NCBI GenBank assembly: GCA_918797485.1
Contig: CAKKNE010000004.1
Span: 5,146,001-5,210,000, forward strand
Length of the DNA: 64,000 bases
DNA from: Pelagomonas calceolata
Taxonomy: Eukaryota
Reading direction: 5' to 3'
Part shown: positions 1 through 15,000 of the stretch, piece by piece
Position numbering within the stretch: the stretch's first letter is position 1
Layout of the letters: each line of letters starts with the position of its first letter
The notes under the pieces: generated by a model
Told to the model about the DNA's origin: nothing
Database searches by the model: none
Seen by the model: only the letters and a program-made list of their open reading frames with translations
Made by a program: the position numbers and the translations under genes

Positions 1-3000
1 AGGACACGGCCAGGGACGTGGGCCCGGCGACGCTCACCTTGGGCGCGACGGGCGGCGTCGGCGCGACGTCGGCGGGCGCCGCCGTCAGCGCCGCGACGGC
101 CGGCTCCGACCACGCGTCGGCGGCGTGCGTGTACGCCGCCACGCGCGCGTAGTGGGGCCGCCCCGCGGCGAGCCGCCCGTCGCCCACCGACACCCAGCGC
201 GGGAGCCCGCCCTTCTGGGCCTCGGTGACGTTCGCGAACGGCGACGTGCCCTTGAGGTGGCCGTGCGCGCCGACGGCCTCGTTGAACTGCGTGCCGCCGC
301 CGCCCGTGTCCACGAGGAGCGACGGCACGTCGCCCAGCGCCGCGTCGAACGTCACGCGCCAGACGCGCGCCGCGTGCTGCACCGGCTCCGTCGTGCGGTG
401 CTCGACGTCCCGCACCGAGACCATGACGGGGCCCAGCGTCTTCAGGTCGTCGAGGGCCGTCGCCATCTCCTGCGCCGAGGCGTCGGCGTAGATCTTGTTC
501 GACGTCTGGCCGCCGTACGACAGCCGGAAGTAGCCGTTGACGTCGGCGGCCTTGGCGCCGACCGCGACCTCCTGCACCTCGGGCCGCATCGCCACGTCCA
601 CGGACCCGAGCGGGCGGCGGTAGATGCCCAGCGTGCCCTCGTCGAAGGCCGGCGCCAGGCCCCGCGTCACCTCCTCGACCTCGGCGGCGACGGCCGCGCC
701 GCCGGCGTCCCGCAGCGCGTCGACGGAGACCGCGAGGGCGGGCACGTCGCCGACGTTCGTCCGGAAGACGACGTCGTAGGACGCGGCGCCCTTGGTCACG
801 TCGACCTCGCCGATCGTCGGCAGCGCCTCGAGCGCCGTCTTCAGCCGCTCGCCGGACGCGCCCGCCGGGATCGGCGGCGTCGTGGCGCCCTGGAAGGCGA
901 GCGCGAAGGCGCCGACGATGTCCGTTGCCTTGAACTTGACGCGCTGGACCTCGTGCACGGCCTCGCTCGAGTCCCACTCGACGCGGTACGCCGTGACGCG
1001 CGCGCCGCCGTCGTCGACGGGCGGCGTCCACGTGACGTTCAGCGACCCCTCGCCGAGCGGCTTGATGGCGACCGTGCGCGGCGGCGACGGCGCCGCCGCC
1101 GGCGTCAGCGACGCGGGCGTCGCGTGCGCCGGGAGGCCGTAGACGCTGCGCACGCCGTTGTACATGGCCACGGACACGGCATAGGGCTCGCCGGCCTCCA
1201 GGTCGTCCAGCATGAAGACGTACTGGCCGTCGGCGTCCCGCTCGAGGTCGCTCAGCCGCACCTCGGCCTCGCCCTTGAGCGGCGAGTCCATGGCCGGCAC
1301 GCGGCCCGCCACGACGACGCTCACGGCCACGCCCGTCGTGGCCTGCTTGTTCGGCGAGGCGTAGAGGCGCGTCGAGTCCGCCTGCAGCGGCGGCACCGTG
1401 CCCAGCCGCTCGAGGAACACGATCGTGTACTCCTTGCCGTCGGTCGCCTGCGCCGCGCCGACGAACAGCTCGCCCGTGCCGATGGCCTCGAGCGCGGCCT
1501 TGACCTCGGCCGCGGACGCGCCGGCCTCGAGGTAGGGCGTCGCCACGAGGCCGTCGGGCGAGTCGTACTTGAGCGCGAACGAGCCGCGGAGCGACGCGTT
1601 CTTCGCGTACGCGAGGACGGTCTGCACGCAGAAGCCGTCGTAGCGGTGCACGAGCGTGTCCGCCGTGAGGGACGCGTCCGTGCCCGTCATCGTCGTCGCC
1701 GCGGCCGACCCGTCGAGCGTCGCCGCGGCGAGCTCCTCGACGAGCTTGTAGTTCGAGGCCAGCGACCGGTTCATGGCGCTCACGCGGAGCGAGGGCAGGT
1801 CGCCGAGCCAGTCGTCCGCGCCCGCCGCCGCCTCGAAGGTCACGTACCACGCGTGGCCGTAGCCCACCTCCTCGCGCGTCACCGTGACGTCGCCCACGGG
1901 CGCCAGCGCCTCGAGGGCCTCCTCGACGACGTCGGCCGCCGCGTCGTGGGGCAGCGGCCCCGTCGCGTGGTTCTCGAAGGCGAGCTTGAAGCTGCCCTGC
2001 AGGTCGCGGTACCGCGAGTACGTCGTGATGCGCTGCACCTCGACGCGCGAGTAGAGCGAGCTCGAGCCGCCGCCGATCTTCGCGCGCGGCCCGACGCCGT
2101 CCCAGGCGAGCTTCGCGTGCGTGACCTGCGCGCCGCCCTCGTCCCGGGACGGCCCGAAGGCCACCTGGAGGGCCGTGCGGCCCGCCGCGAAGAGGTTGAG
2201 CGCGCCCGGCGGGTCGGGCGGCCGCGCCGGCGCCTCGAAGCGCGGCTCCGGCGCCGACGATGACGTCGAGTAGCCGTAGGCGTTCGCGGCGAAGACGCGC
2301 GCGGTGTAGTTCTTGCCCGTCGCGAGCGAGCCGATCGTGTAGCCGCAGTACGACATGGTGCAGTCGTCGTACGCGCCCGACGTCGGGTCGACGAGGATCG
2401 TGTTCGAGCCCAGGGGCCCGCCGTCGAGCGAGTCGAAGTCGGCCGACGTGTCCCACTCGACGCGGTAGCGCGTGATCTCGGCGCCGCCGTTCGAGGCCGG
2501 CGCGTTGAAGAGCACGCGCAGCGAGCTGCCGCCGTAGACGAGGAGGTGCGCGTTGGTCGGCGTGTCCGGCTGCTGGCGCGGCGGCGCCAGCGCCGCCGGC
2601 TGCGTCGGCCGCGGCTGCGCGGCGCCGAGCGCGTTCACGGCGGCGACGCGCACCGAGTACGACTCGCCCGAGTCGAGGCCGTGGACGACGTACGTCATCT
2701 TGCCGGACTCGCTCTCGAAGGCCGGGTCCACGGTCGCCCGGGCGTAGCCCGGCGGCGGCGCGCCGGGCACCGTCGTGCCGCACAGCACGTTCGTGTAGGT
2801 CATGGCGTTGCCCGCCGCGTCGGTCGTCGGGATGTGGGTGACGACCTCCGTCAGCGTCAGCTTGAAGCCGTTCACCGACGCCACCTGGTAGGGCCGCTGC
2901 TGGCCCGCGGGGCCCAGCAGGATCCACTCGCCCGGGTCGCACGCGCCCTCGACGTTGCGGATCGGTGCGGAGCCCGTTTGGCCGTTCGGGCCGTAGTCAT

Positions 3001-6000
3001 GGCTCGCCGACGCGCGGATGACCGCGCTGCCGCTCGACACGTTGACCTGGGGGATCGTGGCCGTGTGGCCCGGTAGGTCCGCGGTGAGGCCGTAGCCCAC
3101 CAGCGCGCGGATCGTCGAGTTGATCGCCGCGAGGCCCGACGTGTCGACCGACAGCTTCTGGTTCGTCGCGGCGGGCCACTCCGTGAGGAAGGTGACGGCC
3201 CACGAGTAGTTGGCGCCCCGGTAGTCGCCGGGGTCGCCGATCTCGCCGCCCGCGGGGTTGTAGCCGTCCTTGTGCGTGAGCTCGACGTGCACGTCCCGCA
3301 GGGTCGGGAGCGCCTCGAGGGCCTTCTCCACGTCCAGGGCGGAGGCCTCGAGGTCGATCTCGACCGTCGTCGCGCCGTCGTACGTCAGCTTGAACGTGCC
3401 CGACACGTTGTGCGCCACGGCGTTGATCTCGACGATCTCGACCTCGTCGACGCCCTCGCCGCGCCACCACTCGACCTCGTAGCCCGTCACCTCGTAGCCG
3501 TTGTCGTCGAGGGGCGGCGCCCACGACACGGAGAGCGACGTGGCCGCGTCCGCGACGCTGACGCCGGCGCCGCGCGCGAGCGTCTGCAGCTGCACCGCGC
3601 CGCTCGTGAGGCGGTCCGGCACGGCCGCCGCCGTCGTCGCGACGGTGGCGAAGGCGCCCGTGCCGGCGGCGTTCACGCCAGCGACGCGAACGTGGTACTT
3701 GGAGCCGCTCTCGAGGCCCGCCAGCGTGTGGCGCATCCAGACGCCCGACCGCGCCTTGTTCGGGTTGGCCATCTGCCAGTCGAACTCGTCGTTGCGCAGG
3801 ACCTTGTCGTAGGCCGTCGGGGCGTCGTAGAGGACCTGGTAGCCGCCCGGCACGTCGCAGTCCCCGCCGGCGCACGTCAGGCGCGCCGACGCGCAGCTCG
3901 CGCGCGCGAGCGTCGCGGAGGTCGTCGCGTCCGCGGGGAAGTCCGGCGACGTCGAGTACTCGACGACGAAGGCCGTGACCTCGGACTGGCGGTCGGCGGG
4001 CCAGAGCGGCAGCCGCCACTGCACGCGCAGCTGGTCCGCGGCGCCCGGCACGCGCTCGACCGACGCGCCCTCGGGCGCGTCGGCCGTCGCGTAGGGCTTG
4101 AGGTAGACCGGGGCCGACGGGTTGCCGTAGCCCGCCGCGTTGCCGGCGGCGACGCGGACGCCGAAGCCGTCCGCGACGCCCGAGTGCTGGAAGAGGTGCT
4201 GGATCGCGTAGCGGTACGGCGCGCCCGGCTCGACGTCCAACGACACGGCCGTCGAGTGGTTGGCCGTGAAGTTGCCGTCCTGGAAGAGGTCCGCGCCGCA
4301 GCCCGCCGAGGTCGACGTGCCGTGGCAGACGACGGGCTGCAACGAGGCGCCCCGGCCGAAGCCCGCGCCGACGACGGAGACGGGCCCGATCTTGCCCACG
4401 AGGGCGTTGCCGGCCGCGCCCGTGTCCGTGGCGAAGGTGATGCGGTAGTTCACGTAGTTGTCCTCCGCGAAGGGCTGCTCGACGGTCACGTCGCCCACGT
4501 CGTAGAGGAACTCGAGCGCCCGCTCGACCTCGAGCGCCGTCGGGCGCACCTGGCAGAGGTGGTCGTGGTGGAAGCACGTGTCCACGGCGAGCGCCCAGGG
4601 GTACTTGTAGCCGCCGCCCGAGTAGAGGTGGAACGACGCCGACGTCGGCGCGTCGCGCGGGACGCGGAGCGTCTGCACCTCGAGCGCGCCGACGTCGCCC
4701 GGCACGTTCGACCACCACTCCACCTTATAACTCGCGACCGGCTCGCCGCCGTCGTTCTCGGGCGCGTCCCACTCGACGACGAGCTCGTCCCAGTCGCCGC
4801 GCGAGAGCCGCACGTTCGTCGGCGGCGTCGCCTTGACGGCCACGGGGGCGTAGGCGAAGGGCGAGTCGATCACCGACGCGTCGGCGTGGTGGAAGAGCCG
4901 CGCCGGCGGCACGAGGCCGTAGGGCTGCGACGGCGACGACCACAGGAGCCGCGCGACGGCGCGGCCCGTCGTCTCGCGCCACTCCATCGTTATGTCGACG
5001 AGCGCGCCGGCCTTGAGGGGCTTGGAGGTGGCGCCGCTGAACTCCGCGTAGGGAACACCGCTGCTCTCGTCGACCTCGTTCTCGAAGGCGTCGAAGAGCA
5101 GCTCGCCGTCGACGAAGAGCCGCGCGCCGTCGTTCACTTGCGCGTGGAACGTGAAGACCTCGTCGAAGGACGGGCGCACGAAGCCCGTCCACCGCACCGA
5201 GACGTGGTCCCGGCCCGTGTCCGTGATCGCGTCCTCGACCTCGAACTCGAAGTCGACGCTGTGGTCGACGCGCGTCGACGCCGCGTCGCCGTAGAGCCAG
5301 CGGTTGTTGAAGTACTGGCCCACGAGCCCGCCCTGCTCCGTGGCCGCGACGTCCACGAGGTACGAGCCCACGCGCGGCGTCGCGTAGCGCGCGTCGTAGA
5401 GGCCCTGGCCGGCGTACGTCACGTCCGCGCTGACGGCCTCGGGGCCGCTCAACCGCGCCACGAACTGCGTGCCGAGGCGCCCCGCCACGCTCGCGACCTT
5501 CTCGCCGGCCTCGTTGTCCGGCGCCTCGGGGCACGTGTCGTCGTCCGCGACGACGGCCGCGTGCGCGCCCGTTAATAAATAGCCCTCGGCGTACATGGGC
5601 TCGAGCACGTCGCCGACCGTCGCGTCGAGGCGCACGAGCCACCGGTACTCGCCCGGGCCGAAGGGGCCCCGTCGATACAAGACCGAGGCCGCGATGACGT
5701 CGTCGAGGTCGTCCTCGAGCGCCGTCTCGAGCGCCGCCGGTTCAATGTTCGCCGGCAGCTGCCGCGTCGTCGCCCCGCGGAACGACAGCGTGAAAGTGCC
5801 GTTCACGTAGTTCGAGCCGCCCTGGAAGTCGCGGTCGGCCGCCTGCATGGCCTCGTAGTGCTGGTGCGTGTTGTTGACGCCCTTCTCCAGCGTCCGGACC
5901 TCCTGGTAGCGGTAGCGCTCGCAGTACGTGACCTCGGTCCGGAATTTCGTGCTGAGCGGCGTCGCGACGAGCGGCGGCAGGTCGCCCAGCAGCGTGTCGA

Positions 6001-9000
6001 ACGTCACGACGTAGCGGTAGGCGTCCCGCTCGCCCTTCTCGCCGCGGCCCTGCTCGTAGAGCGCCACGTTGGCGTCGCTCGCGTAGGGCCACGGGCTCGA
6101 GAGCGTGATCGCGTAGGGCGGCTTCTGGGCGACGGCCACGACCGTGAAGACGTGCGTGTTCGCGTCGGGCGGCCCGCGGTCCGGCGACCCGGCCCAGGGC
6201 TTGAGGTCCGCGGCGTCCTCGTTGCGCAGGCGCCCGTGGGACTCGTTGTGGCCCACGCGGAGCCAGTCGCCCGGCCCGAGCGACGTCCGGAGGTCGCAGC
6301 TCGGCTCGATCACGTTCACGCCGAACGTCGCGTTCGCGCGGCACGCGAGGTCGTGCGTCGCGCCCGTCGTCGTGACGGTCACGGCGCCGACCTCGGGCAG
6401 CGACTCGAGCAGGTCCTCGACGTCCTTGACGCCCGCGCCGAACGGGACCTCGACGGCCTCGCCGAGGTACGAGAGGGAGAAGGCGTTGCCCGAGTGGTTC
6501 ACGGCGGCCGGCGCCTTGGCGAAGACGTCGACGACCTGCACCTCCGCGCGGGGCCCGTAGGGGTTCATGTTGCCGAACTCGTCGCGCGCCTCGATGACGA
6601 ACGACGACGTCCGCTCGAAGAAGCCCGCCGTGAGGCCGTCCTGGCCCGCGACGCCGGCGGCGTCGACGGCCGTGCAGTTCGCGGCGGACACCGCGTTCGG
6701 GCGGACGTCGGCCGAGAAGGGCGCGAGGCCGTCGACCGACGCGACGCCGCCGCGCGAGACGGCGCCCGACGCGTAGACCGTGATGGGGTTCGTCGATGTG
6801 TGCCGGTCGGCGTCGGTGACGTTGCGTCCGCTCAGCGCCGGCTGGTCGCCGAGGTTCGTCAGGTCGACCTCGGTGCCGCGGCCGGCGCCGAACGTGACGG
6901 CCCACTCGTAGTTGTCCAGGCGCGTGGTGCTGGCGGGGTTGCCCCGGCGCGACACGTCGACCTGGCCGACCGTCTCGAGCTCCTCGAGGAAGCGCTTCAT
7001 CTGGCCGGCCGTCGCGTTGACGGGGATGTTCCGCGTCTCCTGGCCCTTGAACGTCAGCGTGAAGTTGCCCCGAGCGGAGTGGATGGGGCCGTGGTCCACG
7101 CGCACGACCTGCACCTCGCGCACGAGCTGGTCGTTGACCCACGGCCGCGCGCGCACGGGCCACGCGTCCGACGCCTTGACGACGCCGAACGAGCCCTTGA
7201 CGATCTCTTTGGTCGTGACGCCCTGGTCCCAGTCCACCCGATCGCTGCCGCCGCGCGGCTCGAGCACCTCGAGCTTGGGCACGTCGCCGACGTAGTCGGC
7301 GAAGGTCACGCTGTAGACGTAGTGCGCGTTGTCGATCTGGAGGCCCCGCAGGGCCGCGGCGTCGTACATGCGCAGCTCGTCGGTGCCCTTGAAGATGCCC
7401 CGCGACACCTCGACCTCGCCCCAGCCCAACCCACCGATGGCCGCGGCCACGTCCTCGGCCGAGCTGTCCCACGCGATCTCGTCCGTGTCCCGGCCCGCGA
7501 TGGAGAGGACGATGCCGCCGTGCTCGTCGTGGGCGTCGAGCTGCGCCGGCGCGGACGCGTTCCAGGTGATGGCCTGGACCTCGACGGCCTCCTGCATCGC
7601 GACCGCGACGGTCGTCGGGCCCGAGGCCTTCGGCGTGAACTCGACGGCGTACTCGCCCGCGCCGGCGTAGGTCACCTGTCCGACGACGGCCGTCGGCGTC
7701 TCCAGCACGCCCGCGGCGTTCGCGCGGTACCAGCCGCCCTCGCTGTTTATCGTCGTGTCCTCGGCGAACGCGAGGACGCGGAACTTGGACCGCGGCTGCG
7801 CGTCGAAGCGCGTGTTGCCCCAGGCGTCCTTGGCGACGATGGTGAAGCGGGACACCTCGCCCGCCGTGCCGCGCACGAGGCCCCGGCCGTAGGCCGTGGA
7901 CCACGCCGCGGCCGCGTCGTTCGGCTCGACGACGAGCGGGAACGGCGCGCCGCTGATGGACTGCTCGGGGACGCCCTTCACGAGCTCCGTGACGACGCCC
8001 GCGGCGCGGTTGCCCGTCAGCTTCGCCGTGTCCACGACGAGCAGCGGGAGGTCCTGGCCCTTGGTCGGGTAGACGCCCAGAAACTCGATGCGCCACGTCG
8101 TGCCGTTCTCGGCCAGCGACTTCGAGACCGGGCCCGTCACGTTGACGAGCGTCAGGTGGTTGGGCATGCCCGCGATGAGCGCGTCCTCGAGCTCCTGGTT
8201 CGTCGCGTCGAAGGGGATGTCGCTCGTCGTCGACGTCGACACCTCCCCGAACTTGTCCACGGCCGTGAGCTGGAGCTTGAAGGTGCCGTCGAGGTGCCGG
8301 CCCTTGCCGACGGTCGTCCGCAGCTCCTGGACCTCGGCGGTCTGCTTCACGCGCACGTCGAGGTCGTACGTGCCGCGCACGTACGGGTAGTACGCGATCG
8401 TGTGGCGCGCCGTGTCGCCGCCCGCCGCGCCGCGGTAGATGCGCACGGAGTGCATCGTGCGGCCGCGCCAGACGTCCGCGAGCGGAATCGACGGGTACTT
8501 GATGTTGTAGGGCATCTCCTGGACGCGCGGCGACGGGTAGACGGGCCCGGTGCCGTTCGCGTAGAAGTCGCCCTCCTGGGCCACCTCGATGAACTCCGGC
8601 GACAGGTCCTCGTCCCGCACGTCGTTCGACCCGTCCGTCGCCAGGCCGATGGAGAGCACGTCGCCGCGCTGCAGCGACCCGAACGTCGTCGCGGCGACGC
8701 CCGAGAAGTTGTACAGCCGGCTCGTGTTCGTGTAGACCGAGCCCGTGCCGAGGAACTCCCAGGCGAGCGGCGTCTGCGTCGCGCCCTCGACCACGATGGG
8801 GTCGGGGCCGTCGTACTCGTTCGTCCGGCCCTCGCCGGCCCAGTCGTCGACGCCCGTGATCTCCACGACGAAGGTGTCGGCGCCCGTGTTGAGGCGGTAG
8901 TTGCCGTCGGCGTCCGTCGCCGTCACCACGAAGTCGCAGGTCTCGAGGGCCACGCAGCGCGTCGTGCCCGCGCCCGCCGCCGCCGTCGTCGCGGCCGCGA

Positions 9001-12000
9001 CCTTGTCCGGGTAGACCAGGACCTCGGCGGGGCTCCGCGCGACGTGGCGCTCGTAGTAGAGGTGCGACTTGGGCACGATCTCCGCGGCGCCGCCCCGCAC
9101 CCACTCCAGGACCAGCGACGCCGGGCCCGTGTCCTCGACGAAGTCGATGACGATGGGGTAGAGGCGCCCGGCGACGACGGACGCGTTCCAGGCGCGCACG
9201 TCGGTCACGCTGCCGCTCGCGCCCAGCGTGTCCGCGACGACCGCCCCGTCGAAGGTCACGCGGCAGTTCTGCCGCGTCCGCGCGCGCAGCGTCAGCGCGC
9301 CGTCCGCGGGCGCCAGCACGAAGCCCTCGAGGCGCAGGGACCAGTAGTCCGCCGGGAAGCCGTCCCACTCGACGCTATCCAAGGGCGCGAAGCCCCCGAA
9401 GTCGAGGTCGATGGGCCCTTCCAGCTTCGTCGAGTCGCACGGCGAGAGCGCCTCGGGCGCGCACCACTTGGGCTCGTGGTAGGGCCAGCGGCGCCAGCCG
9501 TTGGAGCCCAGGGCCGCGCCCGTGAAGTCCTTCTCCGTGAAGTAGGTCGCCTTGAGGCCGCCCGCGTTGACGAGCGTCACGGATTGCACGTGCGGCCCGG
9601 CGAGGCGCGGCGTGACCGACGCCACCATGAGCCCGTCCGTGTTCGGCGTGCGCTTGTCCCGCACCGCGCCCTCCACAAACTCCGTGTCCGAGTCGCGGCC
9701 GCCGCCCACGAAGCCCGTGCCGTTCATCGTCACGCGGAACGCGGCCGCGGGCTCGGCCAGCGGCCGGCCCAGCCGGTTGCCGAAGCGGTCCCGGGCGTGG
9801 ATGTCGAAGGAGGAGAGCACGCCGGCCGTCGCCCTCAAGTTAAGCTCGAGGGGCGACTGCGGGCCCGCCGCCGTCGCCGGCGCGACGACCAAGCCGGCGC
9901 TCAGCTCCGTGTGGATGAAGTCCGTGGCGTTCGCCGTGCCCGGCTTGACGGGCGAGACCTTGAGCGTGAACGTGTAGTTGCCCGCCACCGTCGGCGTGTA
10001 CTTGAGCTCGTAGACGCCGTCGGCGCGGTACTTCAACGAGTCCACGCCCGTAATCGTCTCCTCGACCTCGACCCGGACGTCGGTCTCGTCGGAGAACTCG
10101 AAGGCCGGCCGCGTGTACTTGTTCTTGGGGCCGAAGGCGATGGTCACCCAGGCGCACTCGCTGATGATCTCGCTTTCGCAGCAGATCGAGTCGCCGCCGC
10201 CGTTGCCGCCCGTCACCGTGAGGCCGTTCTTGATGCCCGGCAGGCCCTCGAGCGCCAGCTTGAGGTCCATGAGGTCCGTCGTGGCCGAGACGTTCGTCGT
10301 CGTCTCCCAGAGGCCCGTGGCCTCGTTGAGCATCGAGATCGAGAAGTTGCCGCCCCGGTAGCCCTGGCCGCCGCCGCCGCCGAGGTGGCCCGTCCGGTCG
10401 CCGCCGTAGGCGCAGCGGATGCGCTGCGTCTCGGACATGTCGATGCCGTAGGCGGGCATCTGCTGGTGCGTCGCGGCGAACTCGACGATCTCGTCGCCGA
10501 TGGACCCGGTGATCAGGTTGCCCGTCGTGCCCTTGACCGCCTCCGTCACGACGACGCGCGGCGCCGCCTGGCGCTCGTAGGGCGACGAGGCGTAGAGGAG
10601 CCCGCTCGCGTCCGCCGCCAGGAGCGCGACGTCGCCGAGCGCGTCGGGGCAGAAGTCCCAGCCCGACACGGCGCAGCGCCCGTCGAAGTGGACCTCCCAG
10701 ACGCTCAGCCGCGTCGCGTTGGCGAAGACCATGCGCGGCGGCTCCGTGTTCTTGTCGAGGCACTGGCCGATGCGCGTCGCCGTCACCGTGACGTCGCCGA
10801 GCGACGGCAGGGCCTCCAGCGCCCGCTGCACGGCGTCGCCCGTCGCGTCCGCCGCGATGGGCGCCGTCGTCCAGGGGTCGCCGTTCTCGTCGGTGCCGAA
10901 GCTCAGCGTGAACGTGCCCCAGACGGGGTGCACGCCGTCGACCTGGCCGTTGGCCTCGCCGGACGACGCGGTGAGCGTCCCCGAAGTCGTGGGCTGAGTG
11001 AAGGTCAGGGGCTCGATGTCGCCCTGGAGCGCGGTGAACTCGATGAAGACCATACCCTTACCGTTACAGATCTCGTCGTCGCCCGTCTCCTTGTAGACGT
11101 CCGCCTCGACGCCGATCGCCGCGAGCGCATCTCGCAGAGCGATGACGGTGGTGGTTGCGCTCGCGGCGCCCGCGGACAGAGTATCGGTCGTAGTCTTGCC
11201 GCGGAAGCTGACCGTGAACGTCCCGGCGCTGGCATCACACTTAAAAGTCTGGACCTCGCGCCGGTACGGCGCGTCGCCCTTCTGGACCTCCTGCACCATA
11301 TTTATTTGGTTAGCGCCACCTTCTTCGATGAGAGGCACGTCGCCGTAGACCGTGTCGAACGTCACGCGGAACCACTCGCCTTGGCCGGTATCATCACCCT
11401 CGAGCGACACCGTGACGCCGCCGTTGATCGTCGGCAGAAGCTCGAGCGCAGCCTCGATGTCTGCCGCCGTCGCCGTCGCCGCGACCAGGTTCCCTGTCGT
11501 CTGGCCGCGGAACTTAAGCGTGAAGGGGTTTGCATCCGCCACGCCGACCTGGAGGCGCTGGATCTCCGGCACCGTGGGCACCTCGACCGCATTCACGGCG
11601 ACGATCTGCACCTCGTGCTGCCGGTGGTCCCGGACGTGCACGTCGAGCTCGACCTGGTCGCCGGCGACGACGTAGTTGATGCCCGGCCCGCCGCCCGTCG
11701 TCGCGACGGTCGTCGCGGCCGACGTCGCGACGCCGTGGTCCGCGTCGAGCTCGAAGGGCGAGCCGTCGACGTGGCGGCCCGACGTCGTGATCGAGAGCTC
11801 GTAGGGCCCCGAGTAGCCGAGCACAAAGTCCACGGGGTAGAGGCCGCCCTTGGCCGGGCGCGAAATGTTCACGTCCGCCACGAGCGAGTTCGCCGACGCC
11901 GACGTCAGGGCCGAGACGTCCTCGACCTGGCGGCGGCCCTGCTCGGCCGGCAGCGCGACGAGCGAGTCGGCGGCCCACTCGTCGAGGCGCTCCAGGAAGG

Positions 12001-15000
12001 TCACGCGGTACTCGTGCTGCCGCCACGACGCGCCCCACTCGCGGTGGTTGGCGCCGCGGCCCTCGTTCGCGCCGACGACCGGCGCGCCGCGCGAGACGGA
12101 CACGTCGAAGGCGCCGTCGTGCGCCATCTCGAGGGCGGCCTCGACGGCGGCGGCCGTGGCGTTGACGGGGATGTCCATCGTCGTCCGGCCCGCGAAGCGC
12201 AGGCGGTAGGACTGGAGGCCGTCGTCGGACGCCGGGCCGGCCCGGATCGACACGTCGTTGATCGTGATCGTCTGGATCGCGGTCGACGTCGTGAAGGTGT
12301 AGTCCATGGCCTGGTGGTCGAAGACGACGAGGAAGTAGTCCGAGGCGCCCTTGTGCTGCGGCTCGCCGCCGTAGTACCCGTGGACGAAGTGCGGCGTGTC
12401 GTCGCCCTTGCGCAGGTTGCCGAACGCGTCGCGCGCCTCGATGGTCAGCGTCGAGGGGACGCCCGCCACGAGCTGCGTCGTGAAGCCCGGGCCGACGGCC
12501 GTCGACGTCGGGCCGTGGAGCGGCCCGTGCACGACCGTCAGCTCGGGCGCCGCGTGCTTGCAGTGCGACGGCCGCGGGTAGACGTCCACGCCGTCGTAGG
12601 CGCGCTGCCACCAGTAGGGCGCCGAGGGCGCCGGGCAGCCCAGCAGCGGCTCGCCGCGGTGCGTGATCTCGACGTCGTACGGGCCGGCGATGGGCGCCGT
12701 GTACGTCGCCATGTACGTGCCGTTGCCGTGGTCCGTGACGAAGGCCCGGTACTGCACGTCGCCGTCGGTCTTGTGCGTCAGCAGGACGGAGAAGTCGTCG
12801 CCGCCCGCCCACAGGTTGTTCGAGAAGGCGTCCTTGGCCTGGATCGCGAAGACGCCCGTGTCGCCGGCCGCCGCCTCGACGAGGTAGTCCATGCCCGGCG
12901 CCGGCGCGGACTCGGCCTCGGACGTGTACGCCGTGGCCGCGCCCGGCTCGACCGTCAGCGTGAAGGGCGAGCACCGGTCCGCGTCGCCCAGGCCGCAGAA
13001 GATGTCCGTGCCGCCCGTCTTGACGCTGAGCTCGTAGGTGCCCGACTTGAGGGCCGTGTACGTGACGTCGTACTCGCCGTCGCCGACGTACTCGACGCGG
13101 CCCGAGAGCGTCGTGGGCCCCAGGATGTCGACGGCGATCTGGTCCGCCGAGTCGTCCTCGTCGAGCGGTCGGATCAGCTTGTTGCCGGTGGCGTCCTTGG
13201 TCGTCACGCGGAAGGTCTGCTTCACGCCGCTCACGGCCGCCGTCAGGGCGGCCCCCGTCGCCGTCGTGAAGGGGAAGTCCGCGCGGCCCGGCACGATCGT
13301 CGTCGCGAACGGCGAGCCGGCGATGTGGGACGCGTGGTAGAGCGCCGTGGAGGGGACCGTCTCGTAGACGACGGAGTAGCTGGACCAGGCGAGGCGCACG
13401 CGCGCCGCGCCCGTGAGCTCGCGCCACTCCACGACGAGGTCGTGGAAGACGCCGCCCGTCAGCGGCACCTCGGCGCGCTGGCCGTCCGACGCGAAGGTCG
13501 CGTTCTCCCAGCCGTCCATGACGAGCTCGTGGTCCACGTAGACGCGCGCGCCGTCGTCGAAGAAGACGTAGAGCGTGTACACGTCCGTCGAGGGCGGCAC
13601 GACCTTGCCGCTCCAGCGCGCCGACACGTAGTCGCGGCCGTAGGGCGTCACGGCGCCGTGGCCCCAGTCGAAGTCGATCTTCGGGTCCACGCGCACGACC
13701 GTCGGGTCGCCCTGCAGCCAGGCGTTGTCGAAGTACTCGGCCGCGAGGCCGCCCTGCACGAGCTGGCGCACGACGACGTCGGCGTCGCCCGTCGCCGCCG
13801 GCGTGTAGCTGCCCGTGTAGGACGGCAGGCCGGCGACCTTCTCCTCGACGCGCACGCGCGGCGTGCTGCCCGTGAGCGACGCCGCGTCGCCGGCCACGAT
13901 CTCGCTGGACGCGCACGCCGCGTCGCTGCCCGTGAGCAGCGTCGCGTCGCAGCCCAGGAGCTCGAGGTCGCCGAGCTCCGAGCGGAACGTGACCATCCAG
14001 TCCGCCTGGCCGTAGTTCCGCTCGGCCTTGGCGACGTCGACGCGGTCGAGCGTCGGCAGCGCCTCGAGGGCCGCCTTGACGGCCGAGGCCGGCGCGTCGT
14101 AGGGGATCGGCGCCGTCGTCTCGTTGTAGAACGTCAGGGCGAAGGTGCCGTCCAGGGGCGTCGGGTCGCCGCCCGTCGTCGTCACCGTCTGCTCCTCGTA
14201 GACGTACGGCGAGGCCTGCATCTCGCGCAGGTTGCCGAGCTGCTTCGTGAAGGTGACCGTGTACTTGATGGAGTTGCCCAGCACCTCCTTGGCGACGTTG
14301 ACCTCGTCGACGGACGCGATCTCCTGGAGCCGCGTCTTGACCGTCGCCGCCGACGCGTCGAAGGCGATGTCGCGCGAGTAGTGGCCCTCGTAGGCCACGG
14401 AGAAGGTCCCGCCCAGGCCGGACTCGCCCTTGACGAGCTCGACGACGTTGTACCCGTCGGCGTTGCTGTATGTGGTGCCGTCGGCGTCGAGCACGACGAG
14501 GTTCCCGACGTCGCCCACGGGGCTCACGAAGGTGACGTCCCACGACGAGCCCTTGAAGGCGTCGGGGTTGATGCCGTCCTGGGCCGTGCCCGCCGTCACG
14601 ACGACGTCGTTGATGCCGTCGAGCTTCTCGAGGGCGTGCTCGACCTCGAGCGCCGTCGACGCGGTGCCGCCGCCGTCGAACTTGGTCTTGAGCGTCGTCG
14701 TAGTGTCCGCGCCGCCGTCGAGCTGCAGAACGAATTCGCATTCGGCTGAAACGTCGACCGCGTCGTCGCAGACGACGTGCACCGACTGCACGTCGGGCAC
14801 GAACTCGACGTCCGAGCTGAGCACGATGATCTGCGTCTCCGTGACGCCCTCCTGGACGCGCGACACCCAGGCGTCCGCCGGGCTCACGCCCGCCCCGCCC
14901 ACGAGGATTTCCAACAGGGGCCGCGGGCCGAGGTCCGTCGTGAACGTGACGTCGTACTGGAAGCCGTCGTGCGCCGTCCCGTTGCGCGTCACGTCGACGG